Shown piece after piece: positions 1 through 10,896 of a DNA stretch of 64,000 nt (positions are counted from its first letter, which is position 1; every line of letters begins with the position of its first letter). Source of the DNA: Leptolyngbyaceae cyanobacterium (GTDB lineage: Bacteria; Cyanobacteriota; Cyanobacteriia; Phormidesmidales; Phormidesmidaceae); the NCBI GenBank assembly GCA_965263355.1, contig CBDHHL010000056.1:1376001-1440000 (forward strand), in the 5' to 3' direction. The position numbers were made by a program, and so were the translations under genes. Below the pieces are notes generated by a model. It searched no databases. It had not been told where the DNA came from and saw nothing but the letters and a program-made list of their open reading frames with translations.

Positions 1-199
1 CCAATAACGCATGCTAAAACACCTGTTAGAGACTTGCCCCTATCACCTATGGTCATTGACATGCAACACCAATGAGCCAGAACATAGGGGCAATCCTAGC
101 AAACATAGCTACGATTCTCACGTTTTTCAGTAAGACTCCTGTTTTTCCCTATGCTTTCTCTACGTTAGCTATAGCAATGTTAAAGAAATATGGCAGACA

Positions 200-2695
200 T
201 TACACAAGCGGTTGTGGATAACTGATGGCATACCCCTGGGCATAGTCTATACCCAAGGTCCGCACTGTTTCTAGAACAGCTGGGTTTTCAACATACTCAG
301 CAATTGTTTTTAACCCCATGATATGGCCAATGTTGTTGATCGACTGCAACATGGCGCACAGCACTTCATCGGTTGGGGCTTCTCTGACAAAACTACCATC
401 AATTTTTAAGTAGTCCACCGGTAAATGCTTTAAATAATTAAACGAAGACATACCGCTGCCAAAATCATCTAACGCAAAATGGCAACCTATATTTTTTAGT
501 TTCAAAATCAGGTCAGCGGCTTTTTGTAGATTTGAGATCGCCAGGGTTTCTGTAATTTCAAAACAGAGGATTTGAGGATTGATCGGATACTGTTCAAGTT
601 GCTTTTCTAAAAAACTGATAAAGTTCTCGTCATTGATGCTAGACCCCGATAAATTGACGCTATAAATTGTTTGAGACGCTGGCGTCCGGGCAGCCAAATA
701 GGTAAAAAAGCGCTTGACCACCCACCGATCAATTCGAGGCATTAGATTATAGCGTTCAGCCGTTGGTAGAAATGCCATGGGTGGTGCTATCTCACCTGTG
801 CGAGCATTGGGCAGACGTAGCAAAATTTCACATAAACAAGTATTTGTGGTGTCGGGAATGGCTGATTCAATGGTTTGATAATACAGCTGGAACTGATCTT
901 GATCTAATGCTTCGGTTAACCGCGAAAACCATTGCACATCCGTCGTTTGGCGATGAATACCATCGTCATTGGGATGATAAACCTGTATACGGTTGCGACC
1001 CTTATTTTTAGCGGTGTAGCAGGCTGCATCTGCTAACTGCATCACCTGTTCACTGTTGGTACTGTGAGACGTAATCGGGACGATGCCAACGCTAACACCA
1101 ATGCTAAATCCCTTGCCATTGTAGAAAAAACGAAATCCTTGAATACTCTTACAAAATAACTCTGCAATTTGGGTGGCTCGGGTTAGCTTGCAATTGTATA
1201 GCAGTAAGCCAAACTCATCGCCCCCCAAGCGAGCCAAGACATCGGTTTGACGAATTTGTCTTCGCCAAAGATCGGCCACTTGACACAACAGCTGATCCCC
1301 AGCCGCATGCCCGCAGGTGTCATTAACAGCCTTGAAATGATCTAAATCCATATAACACAACATATGCTGTAATTCAGAACCAGCGAGTTCATCAATGGCA
1401 TCATCTAGGGCATGAATAAACTTTTTGCGATTAAACAGTTCCGTAAGGGGATCGTGGGATGCTTGCCAGGCTAGTTGCTTAGCTCTGCCTCGCTCTTCAG
1501 TAACATCATGAAAGACAAGCACGGTGCCTAAGACTTCCCCCCCCTTGCCACGAATGGGGGCAGCTGAATCGCCAATCGCAAATTCCTGTCCCGTCTTAGA
1601 AATAAGAGTAGGATGATTACTAAGGCTAATGATTTTTTTTTCCTTGATGGCCTGTAACGCTGGATTTTCTACAGGTTGCCTAGTATTACTATCAACGATT
1701 GTGCATACGTCTGAAATTGATCGATGTCTTGCATTCTTCGCTTGCCAACCTGTTAGTTTCTCAGCAACCGGATTGAAGTCTTTAATATTGCCATATTCAT
1801 CCGTGGTAATCACGGCATCGCCAATGGAATGAAGAGTGATTTGGGCTAGCTCTTTTTCTTGGTGGAGAGATTGTTCTAACTGTTTACGCTCGGTAATATC
1901 AGTTTGAGAACCAGCGATTCGATACGGCTGCCCATCTTCGTCCCACAGGGCCATACCCCGTGTTAATATCCAGCGGTAGCTGCCATCGCTATGTAAGATT
2001 TGATACTCGCATTCAAAGTTAGTTCCATGGGACTCCAAGTGTTCTTTTAACCTGCGTTCAAAGCCTGGGCGGTCACTAGGATGGATACGAGATAACCACT
2101 CTTCTGGATTGTCACTGATTTGGTTGTGCTCCAATCCCAGAATTGTTTGCCAACGGAGAGAATAACAGATAGTATTCGTGTTTAGATCCCAATCCCAAAT
2201 ACCATCATTAGCTCCTTGAAGCGCCAGGGTATATCGTTCTTCACTAATTTCCAGCTTTTTTGTGAGTTCTGTACGCTCAATGGCATATTGAATTGTCTTA
2301 GCGAGTAAATTACCCACATCAACATACCCGAGTCTTTGTAGCCGTTCGGGTGAAAAAGTATCTGATTTGACCAGGTAATCTTGGGCACCCTCTTGAAGCG
2401 CGGCAATGGCAACATTTTGGTCTTGAATACCTGTGAGTACGACCACGGGCACTTTGGGAACCAGCGTTTTAATGTGTTTGACTAGTTCTACCCCTTGACC
2501 ATCAGGTAGACACAGGTCTAACAACACTACATCAAAGTTGTTGTGATCGGCCTCTAAAACTTTGATCGCTTCATTAAATCGCTCAGTGTGATGTAGCGTA
2601 GTTTTGAGCAGTTCAGATGAAGATAACAATTCTTGAAAGAGTTGTGCGTCTGATAAATTATCTTCGATCAATAATGCGTCTATGCCAGTTGTCAT
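200..2695 (-). CDS. REC-PAS-PAS-GGDEF-EAL c-di-GMP cyclase/phosphodiesterase response regulator
   Basis: N-terminal receiver (LLIED...VLLDLCLPD...DYLVK), PAS (GANDGIWDWD; HSIGDAVITTD), intact ARLGGDEF with RQTD I-site, EAL domain (EILLRL, DDFGSG, LKIDGSF, AEYVE). ATG at 2695 preferred over the track start 2707. Confidence 0.93.
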   Translation of the reverse strand: MTTGIDALLIEDNLSDAQLFQELLSSSELLKTTLHHTERFNEAIKVLEADHNNFDVVLLDLCLPDGQGVELVKHIKTLVPKVPVVVLTGIQDQNVAIAALQEGAQDYLVKSDTFSPERLQRLGYVDVGNLLAKTIQYAIERTELTKKLEISEERYTLALQGANDGIWDWDLNTNTICYSLRWQTILGLEHNQISDNPEEWLSRIHPSDRPGFERRLKEHLESHGTNFECEYQILHSDGSYRWILTRGMALWDEDGQPYRIAGSQTDITERKQLEQSLHQEKELAQITLHSIGDAVITTDEYGNIKDFNPVAEKLTGWQAKNARHRSISDVCTIVDSNTRQPVENPALQAIKEKKIISLSNHPTLISKTGQEFAIGDSAAPIRGKGGEVLGTVLVFHDVTEERGRAKQLAWQASHDPLTELFNRKKFIHALDDAIDELAGSELQHMLCYMDLDHFKAVNDTCGHAAGDQLLCQVADLWRRQIRQTDVLARLGGDEFGLLLYNCKLTRATQIAELFCKSIQGFRFFYNGKGFSIGVSVGIVPITSHSTNSEQVMQLADAACYTAKNKGRNRIQVYHPNDDGIHRQTTDVQWFSRLTEALDQDQFQLYYQTIESAIPDTTNTCLCEILLRLPNARTGEIAPPMAFLPTAERYNLMPRIDRWVVKRFFTYLAARTPASQTIYSVNLSGSSINDENFISFLEKQLEQYPINPQILCFEITETLAISNLQKAADLILKLKNIGCHFALDDFGSGMSSFNYLKHLPVDYLKIDGSFVREAPTDEVLCAMLQSINNIGHIMGLKTIAEYVENPAVLETVRTLGIDYAQGYAISYPQPLV

Positions 2696-3600
2696 GTGCC
2701 CGCGCAAGTATCTACAAGGAGATGGACTGTATTGAAAACGAATGTAACCAGTATTGTTATCTGTAGGCAGGATTAAGCCATCTATGGCTAATTGTTTAGA
2801 TATACGGTCATAAAAATCAGGTACATAGTAACGAGAGAATTAATAAAAATCGCGACAGAAGAACTACACGAGGCACATTCACTGGTCTAAAAATATAGTA
2901 AAAAAACTTGTTGAAATTTGTATATCGCGAAAATACTTATTCTTGAGGCACGGCTTTCCAAGAGGCTGCCACAGGTCTTACGGAGGAGTCGCTAGAGATA
3001 GCTCAGGCTTAGGGTGGAATAACAGAAAATTTGCTCAATGGTTGAAAAATTGAGTATCTCCACGGTTTAATCTCTATGCTAAGACTGCTCTCTATTTAGT
3101 AGTGCTATTAAGGGCAGGGCAGAGAAAAATAATCATACGCATTATCCTAAAAATAAGGGTTTGAGGTAGATAGCATTATTCTCTAGCCTTCCTGAAATAG
3201 GGCTACCCTTTGTTTGATTTGGATTGGCAGTCGCTCATTTTGAAACGCTGATAGGTAACTGCGCTGTTTTAAACTAAGAATCGTAGACTTTTTGAGAAAT
3301 TATTGGGTGGTCCCTAAAATTCGTCGGCTTAGCGATGTAAGCATTATTTGAACGGACTACAGCATCAGCTTTTGCGGATAATTGTTGCTTAGCTTGTTGT
3401 CATTCTAGTACTTCTGCCCTTGGCATTTGTTGACTTCTATGAGTTCTGTTATTTTGTCTGTAGGGAGTGGAGTCAATAAAAGTCTTCTGTTATCTGGTTA
3501 GCCGGATGTAAACAGATCTCTATGGTGACTGCATGGGCTTCATCATCAATAGCAACAACCTGACAATCTATATGTTGAGCGATACCGTTTTTAACCATCT

Positions 3601-3639
3601 AAATAGCAAAATCGGAGAGGCATAGTAATCCCTCTCCGA
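3601..3639 (-). terminator. Rho-independent terminator downstream of rpsN
   Basis: TCGGAGAGG/CCTCTCCGA stem followed on the minus strand by TTTTGCTATTT. Confidence 0.6.
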
Positions 3640-3729
3640 CTCAATCTAATACTTGTTTATAGCAATATACTCACCACACACAGGGTAACCCCATGGTGTT
3701 GAGCAAACTATAAGTTAAATTTGCTCACT

Positions 3730-4032
3730 TTACCAGCTAGACTTAACTACCCCAGGTAGCAGACCTTGGTGAGCCATGTCACGAAGGGCATTCCGGCACA
3801 AGCCAAAATCACGGTAGTAACCATGGGGACGCCCTGTTAACCAGCAACGGTTATGCAAACGCGTGGGTGAACTATTACGGGGTAACTGCTGAATTTTACG
3901 ATGAATTTCTAATTTTTCTGCTTGAGAGCCAGCGGACTTAAATGCATCTAGAAGTTCCTGACGTTTAGTTGCATACTTTTCAACTGCCTTTTCGCGCTTC
4001 CGCTGGCGCGCAATCATGCCTTTTTTAGCCAT
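3730..4032 (-). CDS. rpsN: 30S ribosomal protein S14 (100-aa, non-zinc-finger type)
   Basis: MAKKGMIAR...[32 protein letters not shown]...PGVVKSSW. Confidence 0.98.
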   Translation of the reverse strand: MAKKGMIARQRKREKAVEKYATKRQELLDAFKSAGSQAEKLEIHRKIQQLPRNSSPTRLHNRCWLTGRPHGYYRDFGLCRNALRDMAHQGLLPGVVKSSW

Positions 4033-4064
4033 TGGGCCTTTAATTTCCTAGGGTTACCAATATT

Positions 4065-4136
4065 TCAACCTTGCCCACATCCAGAACAGTCATCCTCCGT
4101 AGAAAAGCCTACGAGTTTCAACTTGGAAGCGGTTTA
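4065..4136 (+). mobile_element. ~73-bp MITE-like dispersed repeat, family A, copy 1 (most diverged)
   Basis: TCAACCTTGCCCACATCCAGAACAGTC...CAACTTGGAAGCGGTTTA aligns with copies at 53399, 54592 (reverse) and 58427. Confidence 0.7.
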
Positions 4137-4426
4137 TCAGAGTCTTCTATATTAGGGTATATTTTCCTCTTTGGCAAAAATGATCCTACTAATTTATTTA
4201 TTGATTTAAACGCTCTCGTTCATTGAAGTCATCCTCAAGACTAAATTTACTTAGCCAATTGATGAGCACGATGGCCCCAATCAATATGCTAAGGCTGAAT
4301 ATGCTAAAAATCATGCTTCAACCCAAAGAGTTTTATGAGTACTACAGTTATTTAGTAAAGCAGTCCAAGCATTTACTAGTAGGAGCAGAGCTACTTCACC
4401 TTAAGAATATGACTGTTCAACTGAAG

Positions 4427-4464
4427 CTTCGACGGTGAGTTCAGCCGAACCACTTACGTCGAAG
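4427..4464. repeat. REP/SDR-like small palindromic repeat
   Basis: CTTCGACG...CGTCGAAG inverted ends; shares the CTTCGAC core with the hairpin at 33002. Confidence 0.45.
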
Positions 4465-4711
4465 TCCTAAAACTATGGGGGCTTTAGTGTAGGAATCTAG
4501 TTCAATTAGCATTCACCGACGTCTAAGGAGGGCATCGACAGGTGATAGTTAATTGAGACTACCTATTAAATACTGCCATCAGTATGACAGCTGTGCATAT
4601 TTATTTAAGAAGTGACCTTAGCATCAATTCTAAGCACTCTATCCTGGAAATATGGACTAATTATAATTACGTATAGTTCCTGACTACTCAGACAAGATAA
4701 CTACGAATTGC

Positions 4712-5410
4712 TTAAGTATTCTTATTAGAACGTCTAGCGGTTTGCGCCGCGATTAGCTTCTTTCCAGATATGCACCATTCGAATAGTTGGCACCGTTCAC
4801 AGGCTGGATTGCGAGCATCACAGACAGCACGGCCATGATACACCAAGCGGATGGACCAGTTTTCCCAATCAGGCTGAGGTAAGAGTTTCATCAAGTCTTG
4901 CTCAATTTTGACGGGGGTATCATGTTTAGTTAGGCCAAGGCGATGGGTAATCCGTTTTACGTGAGTGTCTACAGTTACCCCGGCATTGATACCAAACCCA
5001 TGGGCCAGGACTACATTGGCTGTTTTGCGAGCCACCCCTGCCAGGGTAGTCAATTCTGCCATTGACTGGGGTACCTCACCGCCAAAGTCAGTGATGATTT
5101 TTTCGCACGTAGCCCGGATATTTTTGGCCTTATTACGATAAAACCCAGTTGATCTAATATAGGGTTCAATTTCGCTGACTTCTGCTTCAGCGTAGTCCGT
5201 TACCGTTGGGAAGCGCTCAAATAGCGCTGGTGTGACCATATTGACTCGGGCATCGGTACATTGAGCCGACAGCATAGTCGCAATTAACAATTGCAACGGA
5301 TTGTCATAATCCAGCGAACAAGGGGCTTCAGGATACAGTTCCTTAAGCTTTTCAAGGATTAGTAAGGCACGTCGCTTTTTAGTTAGGCGAGGGCGTTGTG
5401 CAGCGGTCAC
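4712..5410 (-). CDS. nth: Endonuclease III
   Basis: LIATMLSAQCTD, HhH motif LAGVARKTANVVL, VDTHVKR, C-terminal 4Fe-4S C-x6-C-x2-C-x5-C. Confidence 0.96.
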   Translation of the reverse strand: MTAAQRPRLTKKRRALLILEKLKELYPEAPCSLDYDNPLQLLIATMLSAQCTDARVNMVTPALFERFPTVTDYAEAEVSEIEPYIRSTGFYRNKAKNIRATCEKIITDFGGEVPQSMAELTTLAGVARKTANVVLAHGFGINAGVTVDTHVKRITHRLGLTKHDTPVKIEQDLMKLLPQPDWENWSIRLVYHGRAVCDARNPACERCQLFEWCISGKKLIAAQTARRSNKNT

Positions 5411-5424
5411 AGGTGATTAGGGAG

Positions 5425-6519
5425 CTACTGAAAAACGTTCTGAAAAATTTCTAAGCGGGTAATATCACGGGCAATTAACATACCGCCCAAACCTAGAAAC
5501 AGTAACAGACCAGTTTGCATAACACTTTCCTGAATACGGCGGGGTAAAGGTTTACCCAGCAGAGCTTCTACCAGTAGGAAAGCAAGTTGACCGCCGTCTA
5601 ACGCTGGCAAGGGCAAAATGTTAATGATGGCCAGGTTGACACTGATTAAGGCCGTAAATGGAAATAAATCAATAATGTCTGAGTCTGCCATGGTGCTGCC
5701 CTGTTCAACGATGCCCACGGGACTGGATACTTGACTGGACATCTCAGAAAAGTTGGTTGCCAGGGCAAAAAAGCCTTGAGCCGTTCGAACAAAGACATTT
5801 TGAAACGCATCAGCTGCATAGGTGAGCACCTCAACAGGATTACTGGAGCGTTTGTAGATGGCTCTGCTATTTGGCAGCAGCTGAACCCCAATAATCGGTT
5901 TACCCTCGGGCGATAAATCTGGTTTGACCGTCAGGCTAATTTCCTGTTTCCCACGCTGAATGAATAAATCAACGGGCTTACTTTTACTAGTTTGAATGGC
6001 GTCAATTAAGGTTTGAACGTTTTCTTTCCCCTGATTCAAGGACTGATTGTCGACTGCCAGAATGATATCCCCTGCTTTAATACCGGCCTGGGCTGCGGGT
6101 GAGGTATTAGACATTACCTGGGGAATCAGCACACCCGGTTCAAACACAAAGTCTTGGGGGATGCCAACACTGGTAAACTGCACTACAAAAACAAGGTATG
6201 CGAATAGCAAGTTGGCGATAACGCCCGCACTCATGACAATGGCTCGATCCATTATGGGTCGATTTTGCAACAGGTTTGGATCGTCTGGGGCAAAACTAGT
6301 CTCATTGTCTTCGTCCATGGGAAAGCCAACAAAGCCCCCCAAAGGGAGCGCCCGCAGGGCGTATTCTGTCTGAGCACCCTGAATTTTCCATAGAATAGGG
6401 CCAAAGCCAATGGAAAACCGATTGACGTGAATCCCCTGTAGTCGAGCAGCTAGGAAATGGCCTAACTCATGGACAAAAATCAGCAGGGCAATGACAGAAA
6501 TAACGGCCAGAACGGACAT
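5425..6519 (-). CDS. rseP: RIP metalloprotease RseP (M50, PDZ)
   Basis: HELGH zinc motif, FSIGFGP, PDZ region, NILPLPALDGG. Confidence 0.95.
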   Translation of the reverse strand: MSVLAVISVIALLIFVHELGHFLAARLQGIHVNRFSIGFGPILWKIQGAQTEYALRALPLGGFVGFPMDEDNETSFAPDDPNLLQNRPIMDRAIVMSAGVIANLLFAYLVFVVQFTSVGIPQDFVFEPGVLIPQVMSNTSPAAQAGIKAGDIILAVDNQSLNQGKENVQTLIDAIQTSKSKPVDLFIQRGKQEISLTVKPDLSPEGKPIIGVQLLPNSRAIYKRSSNPVEVLTYAADAFQNVFVRTAQGFFALATNFSEMSSQVSSPVGIVEQGSTMADSDIIDLFPFTALISVNLAIINILPLPALDGGQLAFLLVEALLGKPLPRRIQESVMQTGLLLFLGLGGMLIARDITRLEIFQNVFQ

Positions 6520-6711
6520 AGACGAAAATAAGTAGGTCAGTAAAAAGCGCTTAACAGTTGATAACGCTAATCTGCTCAGCAGGTGAAAATAAATTCTCTG
6601 AAAGCATTTTTAGACGGCGTTATACAGGCAGGCAAGCGAATCAATTAATCGAAAACGTTTGCTATGGTTCCTATTCTACCGTTCCCATTCGATAGCTGTG
6701 GGTTAAATGAA

Positions 6712-7998
6712 TCAAAGAAACTCGCGACCCATGTAAGGTTGGAGCACGTCGGGGACCTTCACACTACCGTTGGGTTGCTGATAGTTTTCAAGCATAGCCG
6801 CCATGGTACGACCAATCGCTAACCCTGAACCATTCAGGGTGTGGACAAATTGGGTGCCTTTTTGCCCAGGGGTTTTAAAGCGGATATCAGCACGACGCGC
6901 TTGGAAATCGATGCAATTAGAGCAACTAGAAATTTCGCGGTAACGGTTGGCTGAGGGCAGCCATACTTCAAGATCGTAAGTTTTCGTGGCCGAAAAGCCC
7001 ATATCACCAGTACATAGGGCCAATACTCGGTAGGGCAGCTTGAGCTGTTGCAGAATATCCTCTGCATCTTTAGTTAAGGATTCAAGCTCGTCAAAGGACG
7101 CGTCCGGGTGAACGAACTTAAACATTTCCACCTTATTAAACTGGTGTAGACGGATCAGGCCACGGGTATCACGACCATAGCTGCCTGCTTCACGGCGGAA
7201 GCAGGGGGTGTAGGCACAGTAATTGATGGGTAATTCGTCTTCAGCGAGGATTTCGCTGCGGTGCAGGTTGGTGAGGGGGACTTCAGCGGTTGGTGTGAGC
7301 CAAAGGTCATCGTCCGCACATTTGAAACTGTCTTCAGCAAACTTGGGCAACTGCCCCGAACCAGTCAAGGAAGCGGAGTTGACCAAAATGGGAGGCAAAA
7401 TCTCGGTGTAGCCTGCCTTGGTATGGCGGTCGAGCATAAATTGAATTAATGCTCGCTCCAGGGCAGCACCTGCACCAATTAGGGTGACAAAACGGCTCTG
7501 GGCAATTTTTACCGAGCGCTCAAAGTTCATGATGCCCAGCTTTTCACCCAACTCGTAATGGGCTAAAAAGCCATCTCCCTGGGGAATCAGATCATCCCCC
7601 CAGCGACGGACTTCTACGTTATCTTCTTCGTCCTGGCCTTCAGGCGTACTGTCGCTAGGCAGGTTGGGCAGAGTGAGTAAAATATTGTGAATTTTAGCTT
7701 TAAGCTCTTTTTCCTTGGGTTCTAGCTCAGATAATTCCTTTTTTACCTGGTTACCTTCATCCCGCAGGGCTTTGACGTCATCACCTTTGGGATCGGCCCC
7801 GCCTTTGATTTTCATGCCGACGGATTTACCGATTTCATTACTGCGGGCCTGGAGTTGCGATCGCTCCCCCTCCAATCCTCTTTGCTCACTATCCAAGGCC
7901 TGTATTTCAGCTAAAGACTGGGCATAGTCGCCACTGCGCTTAGCTAGGGCCGCTGCGACCTGGTCAGGATTTTGTCGAATCTGCTTTAGATCAAGCAC
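6712..7998 (-). CDS. serS: Serine--tRNA ligase
   Basis: N-terminal coiled-coil arm, [44 protein letters not shown]. Confidence 0.98.
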   Translation of the reverse strand: MLDLKQIRQNPDQVAAALAKRSGDYAQSLAEIQALDSEQRGLEGERSQLQARSNEIGKSVGMKIKGGADPKGDDVKALRDEGNQVKKELSELEPKEKELKAKIHNILLTLPNLPSDSTPEGQDEEDNVEVRRWGDDLIPQGDGFLAHYELGEKLGIMNFERSVKIAQSRFVTLIGAGAALERALIQFMLDRHTKAGYTEILPPILVNSASLTGSGQLPKFAEDSFKCADDDLWLTPTAEVPLTNLHRSEILAEDELPINYCAYTPCFRREAGSYGRDTRGLIRLHQFNKVEMFKFVHPDASFDELESLTKDAEDILQQLKLPYRVLALCTGDMGFSATKTYDLEVWLPSANRYREISSCSNCIDFQARRADIRFKTPGQKGTQFVHTLNGSGLAIGRTMAAMLENYQQPNGSVKVPDVLQPYMGREFL

Positions 7999-8050
7999 TG
8001 TGGTTCACCGAGTTTTCCCAGTAGACAAGAATAACATCCCTCATTCCAAA

Positions 8051-8109
8051 TCCTTCTCCCCTAGGGAGAAGGACTTTGAGGCTAGCTTCCCTTCTCCCCC
8101 AAGGAGAAG
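8051..8109. repeat. Pair of REP-like hairpins between nfu and serS
   Basis: TCCTTCTCCC-CTA-GGGAGAAGGA and CTTCTCC-N5-GGAGAAG. Confidence 0.55.
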
Positions 8110-8117
8110 AACAAAGG

Positions 8118-8372
8118 TTAAACTACCTGTTCAATCTCAGCGATTTCAGGGATAAACTCACGCAGGCGACGCTCGATCCCCATGCGGAGGGTCATGGCGG
8201 AGCTGGGGCAGGAGCCGCAGGCACCCTGCAGACGCAGTTTGACCACCGGTCCGTCAATGTCAACCAGCTCAACATTGCCGCCATCGGCCATCAGATAAGG
8301 GCGGAGTTCGTCCAGTACTTTTTCAACGTTATCGTTGGTTAGGGCTAGGGTTTCCATGGAGTCGATTCTCAT
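8118..8372 (-). CDS. nfuA: NifU/Nfu-family Fe-S cluster scaffold
   Basis: [14 protein letters not shown]...[11 protein letters not shown] (CxxC); the start may be the second ATG (METL). Confidence 0.92.
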   Translation of the reverse strand: MRIDSMETLALTNDNVEKVLDELRPYLMADGGNVELVDIDGPVVKLRLQGACGSCPSSAMTLRMGIERRLREFIPEIAEIEQVV

Positions 8373-8444
8373 TAAAGAGTGAAACAGCTAACCCAATAGT
8401 AGCTTTTGTGGGCAGTGGGCAGTGGGTAGCGAACTGTCTACTCC

Positions 8445-9422
8445 TCAACCAAGCCGTCTGGGCTCTGTGCCAGTCAACTGCCAACGACGAATTTGACCAG
8501 CCCAATCGCCGCTGATTAAGGTGCGATTATCGGGAGCAAAGACGGCGGACCAGACGCCGCTGGCATGGCCTTCCAGTACGTCGAGCAGTTTACGGGTGGT
8601 CATGTTCCAGATGCGGATGGTGCGATCTCGACTGGCCGTCGCCAAAAGTTTGCCATCACCACTAAAACTGACACTATTAACACCACCACTATGGGCATCT
8701 AGCTCACCTAGAAAGCGACCGTCCCGCAGCCGCCAGAAGATGACCTTTTGATCGGCTCCACCGCTCACCAACAGTTCACCGTCGGGGCTGATAGCCAGGG
8801 ATACAATGTCATCGTCATGACGCTGCAAGCGATGTCGAATTTGCCCTGTGGTTACATCGCAGATATTGATTTCCTTATCCTGGGTGCTGGTGACCAGAGT
8901 GCTGCCATTGGGGCTGATCACCAGGGTACGAATCCAGTGCTGATGGGTAATAAGGGTATGTTTCAATGTGCCATCGGTGGCTGACCATCGTCGGACTGTT
9001 TTGTCTTGGCTGCCGGTATATATCCACTGACCATTAGGGCTAAATGTGACGGTCCGAATGCTATCAGTATGACCTTTAAGGGTGGCTAGGGGGCGGCCCT
9101 GCCCTAGTGACCATAGAAAAACTGTATTATCGTTACCGCCGCTAGCAATCAAAGCATTATCAGGACTAACGGCCAATGCCCTGACCCAGCCGCTATGGCC
9201 CTGCAGTGTTTGGTGGAGTTCTCCGGTATTGAGATGCCACATTTTCACTGAGCGATCGCCGCTGCCACTGATGATGTACCGTCCTTGACTATCAACGGCG
9301 ATAGAACGGATCCAACTATCGTGGGCGTTAATGGTTTGAGTACAGTGCCAGAGATGGCGACACGGTGGTTCAGGGGACGAGTTCACAGCCGCAGCTCTAG
9401 TGACTAGATACATTGGTTTCAA
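8445..9422 (-). CDS. WD40 beta-propeller protein (~7 repeats)
   Basis: Seven repeats of the GH...SG.D.T..W type. Confidence 0.9.
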   Translation of the reverse strand: MKPMYLVTRAAAVNSSPEPPCRHLWHCTQTINAHDSWIRSIAVDSQGRYIISGSGDRSVKMWHLNTGELHQTLQGHSGWVRALAVSPDNALIASGGNDNTVFLWSLGQGRPLATLKGHTDSIRTVTFSPNGQWIYTGSQDKTVRRWSATDGTLKHTLITHQHWIRTLVISPNGSTLVTSTQDKEINICDVTTGQIRHRLQRHDDDIVSLAISPDGELLVSGGADQKVIFWRLRDGRFLGELDAHSGGVNSVSFSGDGKLLATASRDRTIRIWNMTTRKLLDVLEGHASGVWSAVFAPDNRTLISGDWAGQIRRWQLTGTEPRRLG

Positions 9423-9550
9423 CGGTACTTCGATCGTTACACTGCAGTCTATGTCCGTAAATCTGGGGATATAACTCTGCGGTAACGTACGTTTAAAACG
9501 CTGGCTAATCAGAGAATTCCCGATGATTCCAGCAAAAATTTGTAGAATGC

Positions 9551-9689
9551 GGGTACCAACTTAAAGCGGGAAGTTTTCCTAAGGATAGATGTCAGAAGTC
9601 AGGAGCCAGAAGCCATATCCCTTCTCCATTCTGGCTCCTGGATTCTAGATTCCTAGTTAACTAGAATTTCCCGGCTTGAGTGGATACCC
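9551..9689. mobile_element. 139-bp MITE, family B, copy 1, with 8-bp target-site duplication
   Basis: Imperfect 22-bp terminal inverted repeats GGGTACCAACTTAAAGCGGGAA / TTCCCGGCTTGAGTGGATACCC; flanked by direct TAGAATGC at 9543-9550 and 9690-9697; homologous copy at 24028. Confidence 0.8.
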
Positions 9690-9770
9690 TAGAATGCTAT
9701 GTCATTTTTTCCAAACAAAATAGATGAAGCAGCATTCAGTCAGCTATCTGAATCGTGGTTTGAGATGCCA

Positions 9771-9808
9771 ATAAAAACAAGCGCACTATTTCAAAATAGT
9801 GCGCTTGT
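9771..9808 (-). terminator. Rho-independent terminator of the PEP-CTERM gene
   Basis: 15-bp perfect stem ACAAGCGCACTATTT/AAATAGTGCGCTTGT with a T-run on the minus strand. Confidence 0.7.
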
Positions 9809-9871
9809 GCGATTTCATATACCGTTTCTTTAATGCAATTCACTGATTGGGAGAAGTTATTGGCTATGCAC

Positions 9872-10561
9872 TTAGCTTAATGTCTTACGCTTCAAAAAAC
9901 GGATAATACCTATAGAACTGAGCATTAGTAGACTCAAGGCAGACGTTGGTTCAGGTACGGCCTCAGGATCAGACTCTACAGGGGTGACTGCGATTGCTCT
10001 AACATCAAAACCATCACGACCATTGACTGCCTGAGATTTGTCCACCAACATTACATAGTTGAACACACCTTCAGCGGCTTCTCCTGCATTCGTAGCACCA
10101 TCTGCTAAATAAGCACCATCTGCGATGTTGAAAATATCTCCTGCATAAGACCACTGGCTTAGATCGCCTGCAACAGATTGCCAATCAACAACATTGTCAA
10201 AATTACCATAGTAGATATCTACACGCTCATCATAATCAGACTGCACTTGATAGTTGCCAAGAGTTACAGGGGCATTGCTTCCAGTTGATTCCCAAAGAGA
10301 AATTTCACCGGAAAAGTCTTGTCCAAAATCAAACACGGCTCGTCCACCGAGCCCCAGTGACATGAAATATCCACCGTTGTTATAACTATCAACTCCTAAA
10401 GCATTAACGGTTTTGCTGCGAGCTTCACTAACAGAATTGTTGTTGTCATAGTAAACAACATCAGTAGCATGGATTTTAGCTGCCTGAGCCTGACCTGCTG
10501 AGACGGTGGCTGCTATGGCCAATAGAGATGCAGAAAGAAACTGAGATGCCTTCATAGTCAT
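9872..10561 (-). CDS. PEP-CTERM sorting-signal surface protein
   Basis: Signal peptide (AQAQAA), C-terminal VPEPTS + hydrophobic helix + basic tail. Confidence 0.88.
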   Translation of the reverse strand: MTMKASQFLSASLLAIAATVSAGQAQAAKIHATDVVYYDNNNSVSEARSKTVNALGVDSYNNGGYFMSLGLGGRAVFDFGQDFSGEISLWESTGSNAPVTLGNYQVQSDYDERVDIYYGNFDNVVDWQSVAGDLSQWSYAGDIFNIADGAYLADGATNAGEAAEGVFNYVMLVDKSQAVNGRDGFDVRAIAVTPVESDPEAVPEPTSALSLLMLSSIGIIRFLKRKTLS

Positions 10562-10896
10562 GACTAAAAGAATTCAACTAAAAAATGTCAGGTGGTACAA
10601 GTAGAGACTTGGTTTAGGGAAACAAGGCTTCCGAAATGACTCGGACTTGCTCCTTCTTCCTAGTAAAATCTAATACCTGATTTCCCTGAGACCAATCCTG
10701 AAAAACACTGATTTTCTCTTTAAAGAGTATGTGAAAGAATATCTGTCCTTTCTGGGCTTTTCGATAATTGTCCAAAGCTATATGCAGTGCAATCGAATGC
10801 TGTATGAATATAACTGCTATATCCGTGAGAATACTCAATTACTTTCTTGAATAACAATTGATGAATGTATGTGTTGATTTTGGTAAACCGTATTCA

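Noticed and set aside
3473..3598. 41-codon minus-strand ORF (MVKNGIAQHIDCQVV...)
   Set aside because: No recognisable motif or RBS, and it begins right after the rpsN terminator; cannot be supported
4223..4438. 71-aa ORF between nth and rpsN
   Set aside because: TTG start, no motif, opposite strand to the operon, ends inside a REP-like repeat
10614..10838. 74-aa ORF upstream of the PEP-CTERM gene
   Set aside because: TTG start in AT-rich DNA that looks like promoter region; no motif
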